The notes: a model not told the origin generated them from the sequence alone. A DNA stretch of 64,000 bases from Phycisphaeraceae bacterium (GCA_963674705.1 OY771506.1:2272001-2336000), one strand, 5' to 3'; counted from the stretch's first letter, positions 8,839-19,072 are shown. A program made the numbers and translations.

Positions 8839-10446
8839 TCACCGTTCAAAGGCGAATGCCGAATCACGCTTGGCTGCGCGCGTGGCGAGGAAGAGGGCGA
8901 TGACGGCGAGGATTATCATCAGCATGAAGAACGGCAGAAAGTCTCTGCTCAGCCAGCGATCGATACCGATCTCTTCACGAGAACTAAGTGCCATGCCGAT
9001 TGATAACCAATGAAGTTTCGCTTCAATAATCGGAGGCAAGATAACAGCCATCACGATACCTCCGGTCATGATGCCTGCATAGATAGTGTGTCTTAGCAGG
9101 CAGGCCATCCAGACGGCAACGCTGTAGATCATCCAGTACAAGGTGGGCATGACACCCAGGTAGGCATCGCCTGGCAGGTATGCGACGTGGCCGGCAAGTA
9201 TTTGAGCAAGCAGCCAAGGCAACAGCATGGTCAGTTCGACAATCACCAAGCCGACGAGGTACTTGCTCCAGAACCATAAACGTGGATCGATCGGACGGGA
9301 CCGCCAGAACGTGAGTATCGCCTGTTGATAGTCACCGACGAAAGTGCCGACACCCACCACCATTGCCAGCACCACCCCGATTCTGGTGCTCCATTCTTCT
9401 ACCCAGACCGCGAGCCGTCCGGTCAGACCACTGGCGGGAAAATTATCAAAGACACAAAGAAAGTACACGAATATAACGAGCAGCGATAAGCTCAAAATGA
9501 TCATCGGGAAAGAATCGCGACACTGTTTCCATGCAATGGCAGTGAAAGGAGAACGTAGTGGTTTCGCAAGTTGGATAGGGGGATCGAGATTGGTTGATAC
9601 TGATGGCGAATGGTTATCCAAGCGTGACATGCTTGCATAACGCAGCAAAGTGTAAGTTATGAGAAGTGTGGCGACAGCTATCTGCGCACCTATTGTTAAA
9701 CGAAGTTGGTCATAGTGAATATTACAGGCGACAATAGGTCCAACGGGACTTAAAGCCATCATCGCGGATGTCAGGTGTTCTCTGAATTCCCACATGTTCT
9801 GGTGAAACTCAGGGACTATTGGCGCCAAATGAAATACAACCTGTTCCATGATCCAATCAAGTACGATCGGCAGGATTGCGAGCGGGATAATCACGCCGAT
9901 TCCCCATAGCCCTGCTCGTAACTCGGTCCGTTGTCGCAAGCCCACGGCAACCGTCCAGAGATAAACATTACAGCCTATGCAGATGGAAGCTATTGTTAAT
10001 GCAAGCATTTCTTGCTTATCAACACCGCCTATATCGCTGTCCAGCTTTAGCCAGTATTTGTCGATCTCGTAACCCATCCGGCTTAACTGATAAATGATCA
10101 GAAGCCAGATGGTGTAGATTCCAAGTACCAACACGATCGGGATCAACCAGGCGGCGGCGCCGAGGAGTAAACGGATTGCGGCTGCTTTGTATAGGCGAAC
10201 TGGCAGCGAGCGCAGCAGCTCGAGTGTTCCACCGGCTCTTTCGCCCGCGGCGACACCCATGGCGATGAACAACGCACCCACTAGTGAAAACACGATCGTG
10301 AGCCAAAGTGACACAACGTCTGCCTCGGACGGCTCAAAGATCAATGTGAACAAAATCACCGATAACCCGATCGCGCACAACGATGCGCAACGCCACTTCT
10401 GTTCGTGATACTCCTTGATAATCAGGCTGCGTATCGGGCCGCTCAT
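8839..10446 (-). CDS. ABC-2-type transporter permease (two tandem permease-like halves)
   Basis: Highly hydrophobic; LIIKE and IAWKQ half-starts; GERAGGTLELLRSLPV; downstream of an ABC ATPase. Confidence 0.8.
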   Translation of the reverse strand: MSGPIRSLIIKEYHEQKWRCASLCAIGLSVILFTLIFEPSEADVVSLWLTIVFSLVGALFIAMGVAAGERAGGTLELLRSLPVRLYKAAAIRLLLGAAAWLIPIVLVLGIYTIWLLIIYQLSRMGYEIDKYWLKLDSDIGGVDKQEMLALTIASICIGCNVYLWTVAVGLRQRTELRAGLWGIGVIIPLAILPIVLDWIMEQVVFHLAPIVPEFHQNMWEFREHLTSAMMALSPVGPIVACNIHYDQLRLTIGAQIAVATLLITYTLLRYASMSRLDNHSPSVSTNLDPPIQLAKPLRSPFTAIAWKQCRDSFPMIILSLSLLVIFVYFLCVFDNFPASGLTGRLAVWVEEWSTRIGVVLAMVVGVGTFVGDYQQAILTFWRSRPIDPRLWFWSKYLVGLVIVELTMLLPWLLAQILAGHVAYLPGDAYLGVMPTLYWMIYSVAVWMACLLRHTIYAGIMTGGIVMAVILPPIIEAKLHWLSIGMALSSREEIGIDRWLSRDFLPFFMLMIILAVIALFLATRAAKRDSAFAFER

Positions 10447-10477
10447 GGGTTCTTCCCGGGGAGGTGTGTATTTTGTG

Positions 10478-10533
10478 CGTTTAGCGGGGCAGTTTTACTG
10501 CCCCATACCGGCAGCTTGCTGGCGGGCTAAACG
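10478..10533. repeat. REP-like palindrome CGTTTAGC...GCTAAACG overlapping the ABC ATPase stop codon
   Basis: Terminal inverted repeat enclosing hairpin GGGGCAGT-TTT-ACTGCCCC; related half at 20867-20892. Confidence 0.6.
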
Positions 10534-11429
10534 GGGGTGGGTTCCGCCGCATTGGTGTTCCCGGCGACATAGGCTTCGAAGATTTCATCAAGATTCAGGT
10601 CGACGACGCGGTGTTGGGTGCCGGCGTGGCGCAGTTGTTCGATGTAAGGCTCGGGATTTTCGAGTGTGACGACCGCTTCGCCGTTGTTTCGGACAAGGTC
10701 GAGGATGTTGGGCGGGGTTTGTTGTTCGTTGTAGGTGTCGCGTGGCAGGACGATGCGCTTGACCTGTTCGCGCAGCGATTCGGTTGGGGCGTGCTTGATG
10801 ATCTTGCCGTCGTGCAGGATCGCGACCGTGTCGGCGATGGGTTCGACTTCGTACAGCAGGTGCGAGCTGTAGAAGATCGTTCTGCCTTCAGCTTGCAGGT
10901 GCGTGATCAGGTCGCGGTTAAATTGCTTACGCATGATCGGATCGAGCCCGAGGGCCGGGTCGTCGAGGATGACCAGTTCCGGGCGGTGCGCCAGCGCGAG
11001 CAGCAAGCCGAGGCGGACGTTTTGCCCTTTCGAGAGGGTGCGGATTTTGCTTTTTGCCGGCAGGTCGAACTGCTTGAGGTATCGGCTAGCAAGGTCGTGG
11101 TCCCATGTGCTGTAGAAGGGGGCGATGAAGCGGATGAGTTGTTCGACGCGCATCCAGCCGTACATCTGCTGGTCCTCGGCGAGGTAGCCGACCCGTCCCC
11201 GGACGGGGATCGGATCGACCTGCGGGTCCATGTTCAGGACATTGATGTTGCCGTGCGTGGGTTTGAGCAGACCCAGGAGCATGCGGATGGTAGTGGTTTT
11301 GCCCGCGGCGTTTCGGCCGAGAAACGCGAAGGTCTCACCCTGGTTGACGGTCAGGTCGACCTGCTTGAGCACCTGGTGGCTGCCGAAGGTCTTACCGACG
11401 TTGGAAAGTTGGATGGCGGGGGTGGTCAT
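10527..11429 (-). CDS. ABC transporter ATP-binding protein (YtrB-like)
   Basis: Walker A GRNAAGKT, LSKGQ signature, ILDDP, SSH switch. Confidence 0.95.
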   Translation of the reverse strand: MTTPAIQLSNVGKTFGSHQVLKQVDLTVNQGETFAFLGRNAAGKTTTIRMLLGLLKPTHGNINVLNMDPQVDPIPVRGRVGYLAEDQQMYGWMRVEQLIRFIAPFYSTWDHDLASRYLKQFDLPAKSKIRTLSKGQNVRLGLLLALAHRPELVILDDPALGLDPIMRKQFNRDLITHLQAEGRTIFYSSHLLYEVEPIADTVAILHDGKIIKHAPTESLREQVKRIVLPRDTYNEQQTPPNILDLVRNNGEAVVTLENPEPYIEQLRHAGTQHRVVDLNLDEIFEAYVAGNTNAAEPTPV

Positions 11430-11845
11430 GGCGTTGTCTCCGTCGATTCCGCGGCGGAAGGGTCACGTGTTTGTGACTGGATCACGGTTTCAAGCAGTTC
11501 ATGCAGAGCCTCGGCATTGAGCCCGAGCATCAGGCCTCGGCGGACGAGTTGAGCGAGTTCATCGTTGAGTTGCCGGCGTTGATTGTCGAGTTGAGCGGAA
11601 GCGGTGGGTTTGCTGCTGACGTACGTGCCGTCGCCGTGACGTTTTTCGAGCAGTCCCTCGGCGGTCAGCCGCTCGTAAACCCGGAGGACCGTGTTGTGAT
11701 TGACCGCCAACTCACGAGCTAACTCACGTATGGAAGGCATCTTATGGCCCGCATCGACGATCCCGACCATCACCAGGGCGCGAACCTGGTCGGCGATCTG
11801 CCTGGAGATCGGCACGCTGGACGCTTTTTCAATGCGGATGAACAC
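11426..11845 (-). CDS. GntR-family (YtrA subfamily) transcriptional regulator
   Basis: PSIRELARELAVNHNTVLRVYERL...GDGTYV; short C-terminal helix; first gene of the ABC operon. Confidence 0.93.
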   Translation of the reverse strand: MFIRIEKASSVPISRQIADQVRALVMVGIVDAGHKMPSIRELARELAVNHNTVLRVYERLTAEGLLEKRHGDGTYVSSKPTASAQLDNQRRQLNDELAQLVRRGLMLGLNAEALHELLETVIQSQTRDPSAAESTETTP

Positions 11846-11864
11846 GGTAGACTCCCGGGCAAAG

Positions 11865-11904
11865 TGACTACATATATATAACAGTAGTCAGTTGGGTTTG
11901 TCAA
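11865..11904 (-). promoter_or_regulatory. Sigma70-type promoter overlapped by a palindromic operator for the GntR operon
   Basis: Minus strand TTGACA-17nt-TTATAT; inverted repeat TGACTAC-N12-GTAGTCA at 11865-11890. Confidence 0.7.
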
Positions 11905-12079
11905 GACTTTTTGCCCACTTCAGGAGAGATATTCCGGGTGATCGGATGAACTTGAGATGAGTCACGCTACCGACAGATTCTCAACGCCTCTTCACGAGTG
12001 TCAGTGATGCATTAATGTGAACGTGTCTGGATGCTATGATTCAGTAATTCAAGGAAGATATCCCTCGGAAGTTGCCACT

Positions 12080-14530
12080 TTGAGTACCGCCCCCACACAA
12101 TCTGGTTCACGACGACGCCAGCCGATAGAGATTCGGCGGGTGGATGTGTCGAAGCTGTTCGACAAGCTGCCGCCGCACGCGCTGGAGGCCGAGTGTGCGT
12201 TGCTGGGATCGTTGATCCTGGACTGGCGTGTCTGCGGCGAGGTGATCCAGATCATCAAGAGCGCGGAGGATTTGTACAAGCCCGCCCATGCCGCGATCTA
12301 TGAGACGCTGATCGAACTGTACGACCAGGTGCAGTCGATCGATATGGTCCAGCTTAAGCAACGGCTCGATGATAAAGGATTGCTGGATCAGGTCGGCGGG
12401 CTGGATTACCTGATCGAGCTGGCGGAGTCGGTACCCTCGGCGGCGAGCGCATCATATTACGCGAACATCGTGCGCGAGAAAGCGGCGCTGCGTCGGCTGA
12501 TCGAGTCGGCGGGGCAGATCCTGGATGATTGCTACAACTCATCCGAGCCGGTCGGCGACCTGCTGGATAAGGCGGAGCGTGCGATTTTCGAGATCGCGGA
12601 AAGCAAATCGAGTACCGATGCGGCCGAACTCGGCGAGCTTTTGCAGGAAACTTACGACCACCTGCAAAGCGATGAAGGCATGCGCACCGGCCTGGAGACC
12701 GGGTTCATCGAGCTGGATGAGATGACCAACGGTCTGCAGCCGGGTGAAATGATCATCGTCGCGGCTCGGCCAAGTATGGGTAAAGCGCAGCCGCTGGATG
12801 CGAAGGTGCTGACGCCGGATGGCTGGGTTGAGATGGGGGCCCTTTCGGTGGGTGATGCGTTGGCATCGGTTGATGGCGAGCCGTCTCGTGTGCAAGGGAT
12901 ATTCCCACAGGGCCAGAGACAGGTGTACCGCATCACACTTTCCGATGGTCGATCGACGGAGTGTTGTGCTGAGCATTTATGGCGGGTGCATTATCGCGGT
13001 TGGGATGAGCCGAGGGTTATCGATACGGCCCGGTTAGTGCAGATGCTGGAGCGTAAGCGCTATCAAAACCGTTTGTGGATCGAGACATTCAGCGGTGAGT
13101 TCGGTTCAGATGAGAATCTGCCGATCGATCCATGGGTGCTGGGTTGCCTGATTGGTGATGGAACACTGTCGGGAACGTCGGTCCGCTTTTCAACGAAATC
13201 GCACACGGTTTTAGAGCAGATGGCGTCGCGTTTGGATTCGGCCATGACGATCAATCCGGCCGGGGGATACGATTACCGGATTGTCAGGAACGGCGGCGCT
13301 CACTGTGCGGGTGTACAGGGGGTGCAGGCAAACCCGGTGAAAGAAGTGTTGCAGGGGCTTGGGCTCTGGGGCTGTGACGCGACACAGAAGTTTATCCCTG
13401 CTCGATTTAAAACAGCTTCCCGTTCGTCACGTGCCGCATTACTCGCAGGTTTGATGGATACGGACGGATGGGTTGAACGTTGGGGGAGTATGCGTTTCTG
13501 CACGTCCAGTGTGCAATTAGCGCACGATGTGGTCGAACTAATCCGGTCGTTGGGGGGGACGGGCTCATTTACGCGTAAACAAACCACGTATAGTTACCGC
13601 GGCAAAACGCTCAACGGGCTACCTGCTTACGTGTGTAATCTCCAGCATCCCGATGCCGGCGAGTTTGTCACGATCCCGGAAAAGCAGACAAGAATTAGTG
13701 CCAGGATAAGACAACGCCGATTGAATATTGTTTCAATTGATCCGGTTCGGATTACACAGACTCAGTGCATCGCTGTCAGCCATCCGTCAAGGCTGTATGT
13801 GACCGATGACTTCATCGTTACGCACAATACGGCCTTCGCTTTGAACATCGCTGAACACATGGCGGCGACGACGCGGCAGCCTTGTGCGGTGTTCAGCCTG
13901 GAAATGTCGCGCCAGCAGTTGGCGCAGCGTCTGTTGTGCTCGCGGTCGGGCGTGGATTCGCACAAGCTGCGGCGGAACATGCTCAACCAGGATGACTTCG
14001 GCAAGCTCGCGCTGACGGTGGGTGAATTGTCCGAGGCGCCGCTCTACATCGACGACACGCCGGGGCTGTCGCTGTTGAGTCTGCGCGCCAAGTCGAGGCG
14101 TTTGGCGGCACGGCACGGGATCAAGGCGATCTTTATCGACTATCTGCAGTTGATGAGCGCGCCGGGATCGGAAAGCAGGCAACAGGAAGTCTCGAACCTG
14201 AGTCGAGGGATCAAGGCGCTGGCGCGTGAATTGAGTGTGCCGGTGGTTTGTCTGAGCCAGTTGAACCGTGCGGCCGAGCAGCGTGAAGGGCATCGACCGC
14301 GAATGAGCGACCTGCGTGAATCAGGTTCGATCGAGCAAGATGCGGACGTGGTGATGATGCTGCACCGCGAGGATTACTTCCACCGTGGTGAAGAGGATTA
14401 CGAAGACACGAACACCGCTGAGATCATCCTGGCTAAACAGCGTAACGGCCCGACGGGCACGGTGAGACTGCACTTCCACGGTTCCACGACCCGCTTCCAC
14501 AACCTGGCGACGCAACCGGGCGGGTATTGA
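12080..14530 (+). CDS. dnaB: Replicative DNA helicase, intein-containing (start codon uncertain)
   Basis: PPHALEAE N-terminus, AARPSMGK|T Walker A split by an intein, [34 protein letters not shown]. Confidence 0.97.
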   Translation: MSTAPTQSGSRRRQPIEIRRVDVSKLFDKLPPHALEAECALLGSLILDWRVCGEVIQIIKSAEDLYKPAHAAIYETLIELYDQVQSIDMVQLKQRLDDKGLLDQVGGLDYLIELAESVPSAASASYYANIVREKAALRRLIESAGQILDDCYNSSEPVGDLLDKAERAIFEIAESKSSTDAAELGELLQETYDHLQSDEGMRTGLETGFIELDEMTNGLQPGEMIIVAARPSMGKAQPLDAKVLTPDGWVEMGALSVGDALASVDGEPSRVQGIFPQGQRQVYRITLSDGRSTECCAEHLWRVHYRGWDEPRVIDTARLVQMLERKRYQNRLWIETFSGEFGSDENLPIDPWVLGCLIGDGTLSGTSVRFSTKSHTVLEQMASRLDSAMTINPAGGYDYRIVRNGGAHCAGVQGVQANPVKEVLQGLGLWGCDATQKFIPARFKTASRSSRAALLAGLMDTDGWVERWGSMRFCTSSVQLAHDVVELIRSLGGTGSFTRKQTTYSYRGKTLNGLPAYVCNLQHPDAGEFVTIPEKQTRISARIRQRRLNIVSIDPVRITQTQCIAVSHPSRLYVTDDFIVTHNTAFALNIAEHMAATTRQPCAVFSLEMSRQQLAQRLLCSRSGVDSHKLRRNMLNQDDFGKLALTVGELSEAPLYIDDTPGLSLLSLRAKSRRLAARHGIKAIFIDYLQLMSAPGSESRQQEVSNLSRGIKALARELSVPVVCLSQLNRAAEQREGHRPRMSDLRESGSIEQDADVVMMLHREDYFHRGEEDYEDTNTAEIILAKQRNGPTGTVRLHFHGSTTRFHNLATQPGGY
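12785..13828 (+). mobile_element. 348-aa intein with LAGLIDADG homing endonuclease in the DnaB P-loop
   Basis: Begins [14 protein letters not shown] and ends FIVTHN followed by Thr+1; [10 protein letters not shown] and [10 protein letters not shown] motifs. Confidence 0.95.
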
Positions 14531-14715
14531 TCACATTTTTAGCCCCCGGCTTGCAGGGGGTGGCTGTGATGCGTTATTCAAGTTTAGCACGCAGGGTCGC
14601 GCGGGCTGGCAGCCCGCGGCTATTGGGGGTTCTATTGTTTGGTGAAGTGGGGGACAGTGATTGCACAATCCGTTACACTTCCGTCTCCTAACCCTGAGAC
14701 GGAGAATGTTCACCC

Positions 14716-15708
14716 ATGCTAGCTACCCCTGAATTTAAAACCGCGGTCACGGCTGTTCGTTTGGCGGCGACGGTGACGCAGGCTGTCCAGCAGAACCTCG
14801 TAACCGAAGACACGCTTCAGAAGAAAGACCGCAGCCCGGTGACGGTGGCGGACTTCGCCAGCCAGGCGGTGGTGTGCAAGGCCCTGATGGATGTCTTCCC
14901 GAACGATCCGGTGGTTGGCGAGGAGGATGCCAAGGAACTGCGTGAGCCGGGCAACGCCGCCCTATTGGAAAACGTGGTGAATCATGTGATCAAGGCCAAG
15001 GGCGCGGCATCACCTGAGACGGTATTGAGTTGGATCGATCGTGGTGGAGCCACACCGCCTGCTGACGGCTCGATGAAGCGGTACTGGACGCTGGACCCGA
15101 TCGACGGGACGAAGGGCTTTTTACGGGCTGAGCAATACGCGATCGCGCTGGCGCTGATCGAGGATGGGAAGGTCGTCTTTGGCGTGCTGGGTTGTCCGAA
15201 CCTGCCGGCGATGGATGGATCGGGCACGGGTGTGCTGATGGTCGCGGCGAAGGGTAAGGGGGCAGTCGCCCTGCCGTTGGATTCGGCATCGTTTGATGGC
15301 AAGCCGATCAAGGTCAGCGATATCACTGATCCGGCCAAGGCGCGGTTCTGCGAATCGGTCGAGAGCGGGCACTCCAGCCATGATGACGCGGCGAAGATCG
15401 CGGAATTGCTGGGTATCACCGAAGAGTCGGTCCGGATGGACAGCCAGGCGAAGTACGCGGCGGTTGCTCGTGGTGAGGCGTCGATTTATCTGCGTCTGCC
15501 GACCAGCGCCGAGTACCGCGAGAAGATCTGGGACCACGGCGGCGGTTCGATCGTGGTCGAAGAGGCCGGCGGCACGGTGACGGATGCGTTCGGCAAGCCG
15601 TTGGACTTCACGCACGGGCGTAAGCTCGAGCAGAACCGCGGGATCATCGCAACCAACGGCGCGATTCACGACAAGGTCGTGGAAGCGGTTGGGAAAGTGA
15701 TTGGTTAA
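14716..15708 (+). CDS. 3'(2'),5'-bisphosphate nucleotidase (HAL2/SAL1-like inositol monophosphatase family)
   Basis: KDRSPVTVADF, GEED, WTLDPIDGTKGFLR, MDSQAKY, YREKIWDH. Confidence 0.92.
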   Translation: MLATPEFKTAVTAVRLAATVTQAVQQNLVTEDTLQKKDRSPVTVADFASQAVVCKALMDVFPNDPVVGEEDAKELREPGNAALLENVVNHVIKAKGAASPETVLSWIDRGGATPPADGSMKRYWTLDPIDGTKGFLRAEQYAIALALIEDGKVVFGVLGCPNLPAMDGSGTGVLMVAAKGKGAVALPLDSASFDGKPIKVSDITDPAKARFCESVESGHSSHDDAAKIAELLGITEESVRMDSQAKYAAVARGEASIYLRLPTSAEYREKIWDHGGGSIVVEEAGGTVTDAFGKPLDFTHGRKLEQNRGIIATNGAIHDKVVEAVGKVIG

Positions 15709-15787
15709 TTTTGAAGTGTGAATGCTGAATTCTGAATAATGCAGTTATAGGACTGCTTTGTTGAGCCATTCTGATTCAGCGGTGTTA

Positions 15788-16000
15788 TCAGGCTTTGACG
15801 TCGAGTTGCGTGCCCATGTGCGGATCTGCGCTGGGCACGGTCTGCTGTTGAATTTCCGCGGCCGCCTGCAAGAGAGAGATGGCGGCATCGCCCTGTGCCC
15901 GTGCGGCGTCGAGGGTCTTGGCGGCGACGCGCATGCCGACTTCCTGGGCCAGTTGGGCCTGGCTGAGGCTGGATGCACCGCTAGCTGAGATACTGGACAT
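15788..16000 (-). CDS. Small YjfB-like putative motility protein
   Basis: 70 aa: QEVGMRVAAKTLDAARAQGDAAISLLQ...PHMGTQLDVKA. Confidence 0.75.
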   Translation of the reverse strand: MSSISASGASSLSQAQLAQEVGMRVAAKTLDAARAQGDAAISLLQAAAEIQQQTVPSADPHMGTQLDVKA

Positions 16001-16070
16001 AGTTTTTATATCGACCGATCGGCGTTTGAGGTTGAATGGTATCCGGTTGCCGCGTTTGGAGATGGATAGA

Positions 16071-16106
16071 AAAGAAAAAACCCCCGGGCGTTGTTGCCCG
16101 AGGGTT
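16071..16106 (-). terminator. Intrinsic terminator of the porin gene
   Basis: A-run followed by stem AACCCCCGGGC/GCCCGAGGGTT. Confidence 0.75.
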
Positions 16107-16139
16107 CGGAGTTTGTACGAGATTCTGATTGCTAGTTGC

Positions 16140-17462
16140 TTAGAAGAGCAACTGGAACTGCGAACGTACGGCCATTTCGTCTTCGGTGCCGGTGATCACG
16201 CCGAGCATGTTGCTGGTCGGGCTGGCGCCGAAGGGATTGGCGGTCGGTACGTCGTCGTTCAGGTAAACAACATCGGTGGTGAACCGGGCACGACTACCAT
16301 TGATGTAGTAGTTGAAGCCGGCGGTCCAGGCGCTGAAGTCATCTTCGCCATCGACGTCGCCATCGATGTATTCCCAGCGTGCGAAGATTTCGAATTTATC
16401 CGGGACGAGGTCCAGGCCGCCTTGCACCACGACACCGGTCATGTCGCGATCGGAGGCGGTGGATTCGTCGGGATCGATGTTCGCGCCGATGTAGGCGGCG
16501 AACAGGTTCACACCTTCATTCTCGTAGGACACGTCGACGGTCCAGGCGTTGTAGTCGGAATCGCCGCCGTTGCGGCCGTCACCCAACTCGTAGTGGTATG
16601 CACCACCGAGGACGATGCTGGTGCCTTCGCCATCCCAGCCGGTGAAGTCCTTGGCCTGCTTGAGATCGCCTTCCAGGGCGATGTCGCCGCGGACGGTCAG
16701 GGCCAGTTCGGATGTGTCGTTGTCGAATTCGCTGACGTCGGCGTTGGCGCCGTCGCTGAACATACCGCGGACCATCCAGTTATCTTCGCTGTAGGTCAGC
16801 AAGACACCTTCGGAGCGGTTGAGTGTGAAGAATTCGTTCATGATCGAGCGTTCAGCGGTGAGCTGGCCGGCGAGGCCGACGAGTTCTTCGCGGTTGAACG
16901 GCAGCTTGATGACGCCGCCGGCGACCTTGAGGTTGTCGCTGATCTGATAGCTGATGTCGTATTCGAGCAGGTTGGTGTCGCCACCGTCACGTGTATGCTC
17001 GAGCACGACGTGGTAGCCGATCTTCGGATCGGCGACGTGACCGTCGAGTTTCAGCCAGACGGCGCGGCTCTGGAATCCGCCTTCATCTTCATCACCAGTG
17101 TTGGTGTCCTGGTTGTTGTAGATGTAGCGGAAGTTCAACTGACCGCTGAAGTACATGGCAAAAGCGCCATCGGGGCTAGCGATGAAGAATCGCTTGCCGT
17201 CGTGGCCGGCGACCGCGCCGTCGTTCAGAAGCGACGCACGTGTGTCGGCATCAGAAAGCACTTCCATGATCAGGCCCTTCACCTCTTCAGCGCGACGCTC
17301 GTTGAGCCAATTGTCGCCCTGTTCGGATTTGACCTGGGTCAGTTCGGTACGCAGGGCGTCGATCTGAGCTTGCATATCAGCAATCTGATCGCCCTGTGCC
17401 GGGGACAACAATCCCAGCCCGGCAATGGTAAACGCGGCAGTGGTCCATTTGGTTCGTAACAT
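16140..17462 (-). CDS. Outer-membrane porin (OprO/P-like beta-barrel) with N-terminal coiled coil
   Basis: Signal peptide, heptad-like segment, amphipathic beta-strands, C-terminal Phe (QFQLLF). Confidence 0.8.
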   Translation of the reverse strand: MLRTKWTTAAFTIAGLGLLSPAQGDQIADMQAQIDALRTELTQVKSEQGDNWLNERRAEEVKGLIMEVLSDADTRASLLNDGAVAGHDGKRFFIASPDGAFAMYFSGQLNFRYIYNNQDTNTGDEDEGGFQSRAVWLKLDGHVADPKIGYHVVLEHTRDGGDTNLLEYDISYQISDNLKVAGGVIKLPFNREELVGLAGQLTAERSIMNEFFTLNRSEGVLLTYSEDNWMVRGMFSDGANADVSEFDNDTSELALTVRGDIALEGDLKQAKDFTGWDGEGTSIVLGGAYHYELGDGRNGGDSDYNAWTVDVSYENEGVNLFAAYIGANIDPDESTASDRDMTGVVVQGGLDLVPDKFEIFARWEYIDGDVDGEDDFSAWTAGFNYYINGSRARFTTDVVYLNDDVPTANPFGASPTSNMLGVITGTEDEMAVRSQFQLLF

Positions 17463-17875
17463 GATGATTAAGCTCCGTTCCGTGGAAAAGGAATCTCTCG
17501 TACTTAAGGGTCTCTATCGGGAGGAACCCGTCGACATGCTGAATTTTGTGGCAATTTCCACGCGATGATTCTCGCCATTTCTCTGATAGAAGGCAAATCG
17601 CTGTGGAAAAGTCGCTTATGAACAATAATCGAAGATGGTCCGATAACCACGATGCCCTGTAAAGCATCACTCAGGGGCGACTTTCCCGGACAACGCGCAA
17701 AACATGCGCGAGCAACTCTCCAACTCGGGCGAGTGCCTTAGATCTGCATCGGAATTTTGTGGTAAAACCCGGTTGAGAAGTCGGGAGGCGATCCATTATC
17801 GGACATGGCCTTGCCGATGGAGCTGTCAGATCTATCTATATATAGATACGGTGTTTGCGGGCTAGCCGATGGACG

Positions 17876-18949
17876 TCAATCTTCATCTTCAAAGTCATCG
17901 TCGTCCTCTTCTTCCCACTCATCGAGCTCGTCGATTTCATCTTCCAACTCGTCTTTGTCGTCATCCTGGGAATTAGGCTGGGCCTCGGGGTTTTCGGCTT
18001 CATCGTTCTTCGCGCGATTGGCGCGTCGGTTGGCGCGGCGTTCGGCCCGTAGACGCGATGCTTCGTCCGGCCAGTCGTATTGCATCTCGCCGGTCTCCGG
18101 ATCACGCCAGTCTGTGGCTTCTGCATCTGAAGTGATGCCGGTCGGGTCTATGTGATCGGATTCAGGGCGGAGTATGAGGCGGATATCGCCGCCGGCTTTG
18201 TCCTGCTCGACGCCGACCCGGCGGGTACGGACCAGTTCGAGTACAGCCAGGAAGAGCCCCACCATCTCGCCACGGCCTTTTCGGCCGATAAAAATCTGCT
18301 GCAACGTCATCGGGCCGTCTCGCTTGAGCCGGTCGGCGATATCCTCGGCGTGCAGGGAGATGGGGGTATCGTCGTAGGTGACCTCGACCTGCGGTTTGTG
18401 GCCGATCGAATCGAGGATGCGGCCGAATGCCTCGCACAGGTCCATGATGTTGGCGTCTTCGAGGTCGATCTCGGCCTCTTCGGCGTTTTCCGACTCGTCG
18501 GGCTGGGCTTTTTTCTTTTCGTCCTTGGGCCGGGCGGTGGGATGAGCGGCGAAACGGCTTTCCCAGTCGCGCTGACGGTCTTCCAGACCGATCGCGGCCT
18601 CCTTGAAGCGCTTGTAGGCCAGTAACTGCTGGACCAGCTCGTAGCGCGGGTCGGTCGGGTCCTCGATGGCGTCGGTTGCGACTTCGTCCTCGGTCTGCTC
18701 GGTGACGTAGGGGACGAGCATCTGGCTCTTGATTTCAACGAGGGTCGCGGCCATGACGAGGAATTCGCCGGCCAGATCGACATCGATCTCCTGGATCACT
18801 TTCAGGTGATGCAGGTACTGCTCGGTGAGTCTGGACATGGGGATGTCGTGCAGGTCGATTTCGTGACGTTTGACCAGGTACAGCAGCAGGTCCAGCGGCC
18901 CGGCATAGGCATCGAGCTGTACGCGGTAGTCCTGACTGGTGCCTGTCAT
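17876..18949 (-). CDS. scpA: Segregation and condensation protein A
   Basis: YAGPLDLLLYLV, AGEFLVMAATLVEIKS, DPRYELVQQLLAYKRFK, FLAVLEL; acidic tail. Confidence 0.93.
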   Translation of the reverse strand: MTGTSQDYRVQLDAYAGPLDLLLYLVKRHEIDLHDIPMSRLTEQYLHHLKVIQEIDVDLAGEFLVMAATLVEIKSQMLVPYVTEQTEDEVATDAIEDPTDPRYELVQQLLAYKRFKEAAIGLEDRQRDWESRFAAHPTARPKDEKKKAQPDESENAEEAEIDLEDANIMDLCEAFGRILDSIGHKPQVEVTYDDTPISLHAEDIADRLKRDGPMTLQQIFIGRKGRGEMVGLFLAVLELVRTRRVGVEQDKAGGDIRLILRPESDHIDPTGITSDAEATDWRDPETGEMQYDWPDEASRLRAERRANRRANRAKNDEAENPEAQPNSQDDDKDELEDEIDELDEWEEEDDDDFEDED

Positions 18950-19072
18950 CGGCTCACTCCATTAAGCCCGTCTGAGTTTGGCGTGCCAGGTCTGGGATTG
19001 CGGACCCTTGGCACGGGGTTGACCGCGGGTACGGTCTTGCACGATCATGGCACTTTAAGCAGGTTTTTCAGA

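Noticed and set aside
15879..17459. 526-aa plus-strand ORF
   Set aside because: Antisense shadow of the porin gene, as expected from high-GC codon bias.
18806..19072. N-terminal extension of kdsD in the ORF track
   Set aside because: Overlaps the divergent scpA start; SIS-domain similarity begins later.
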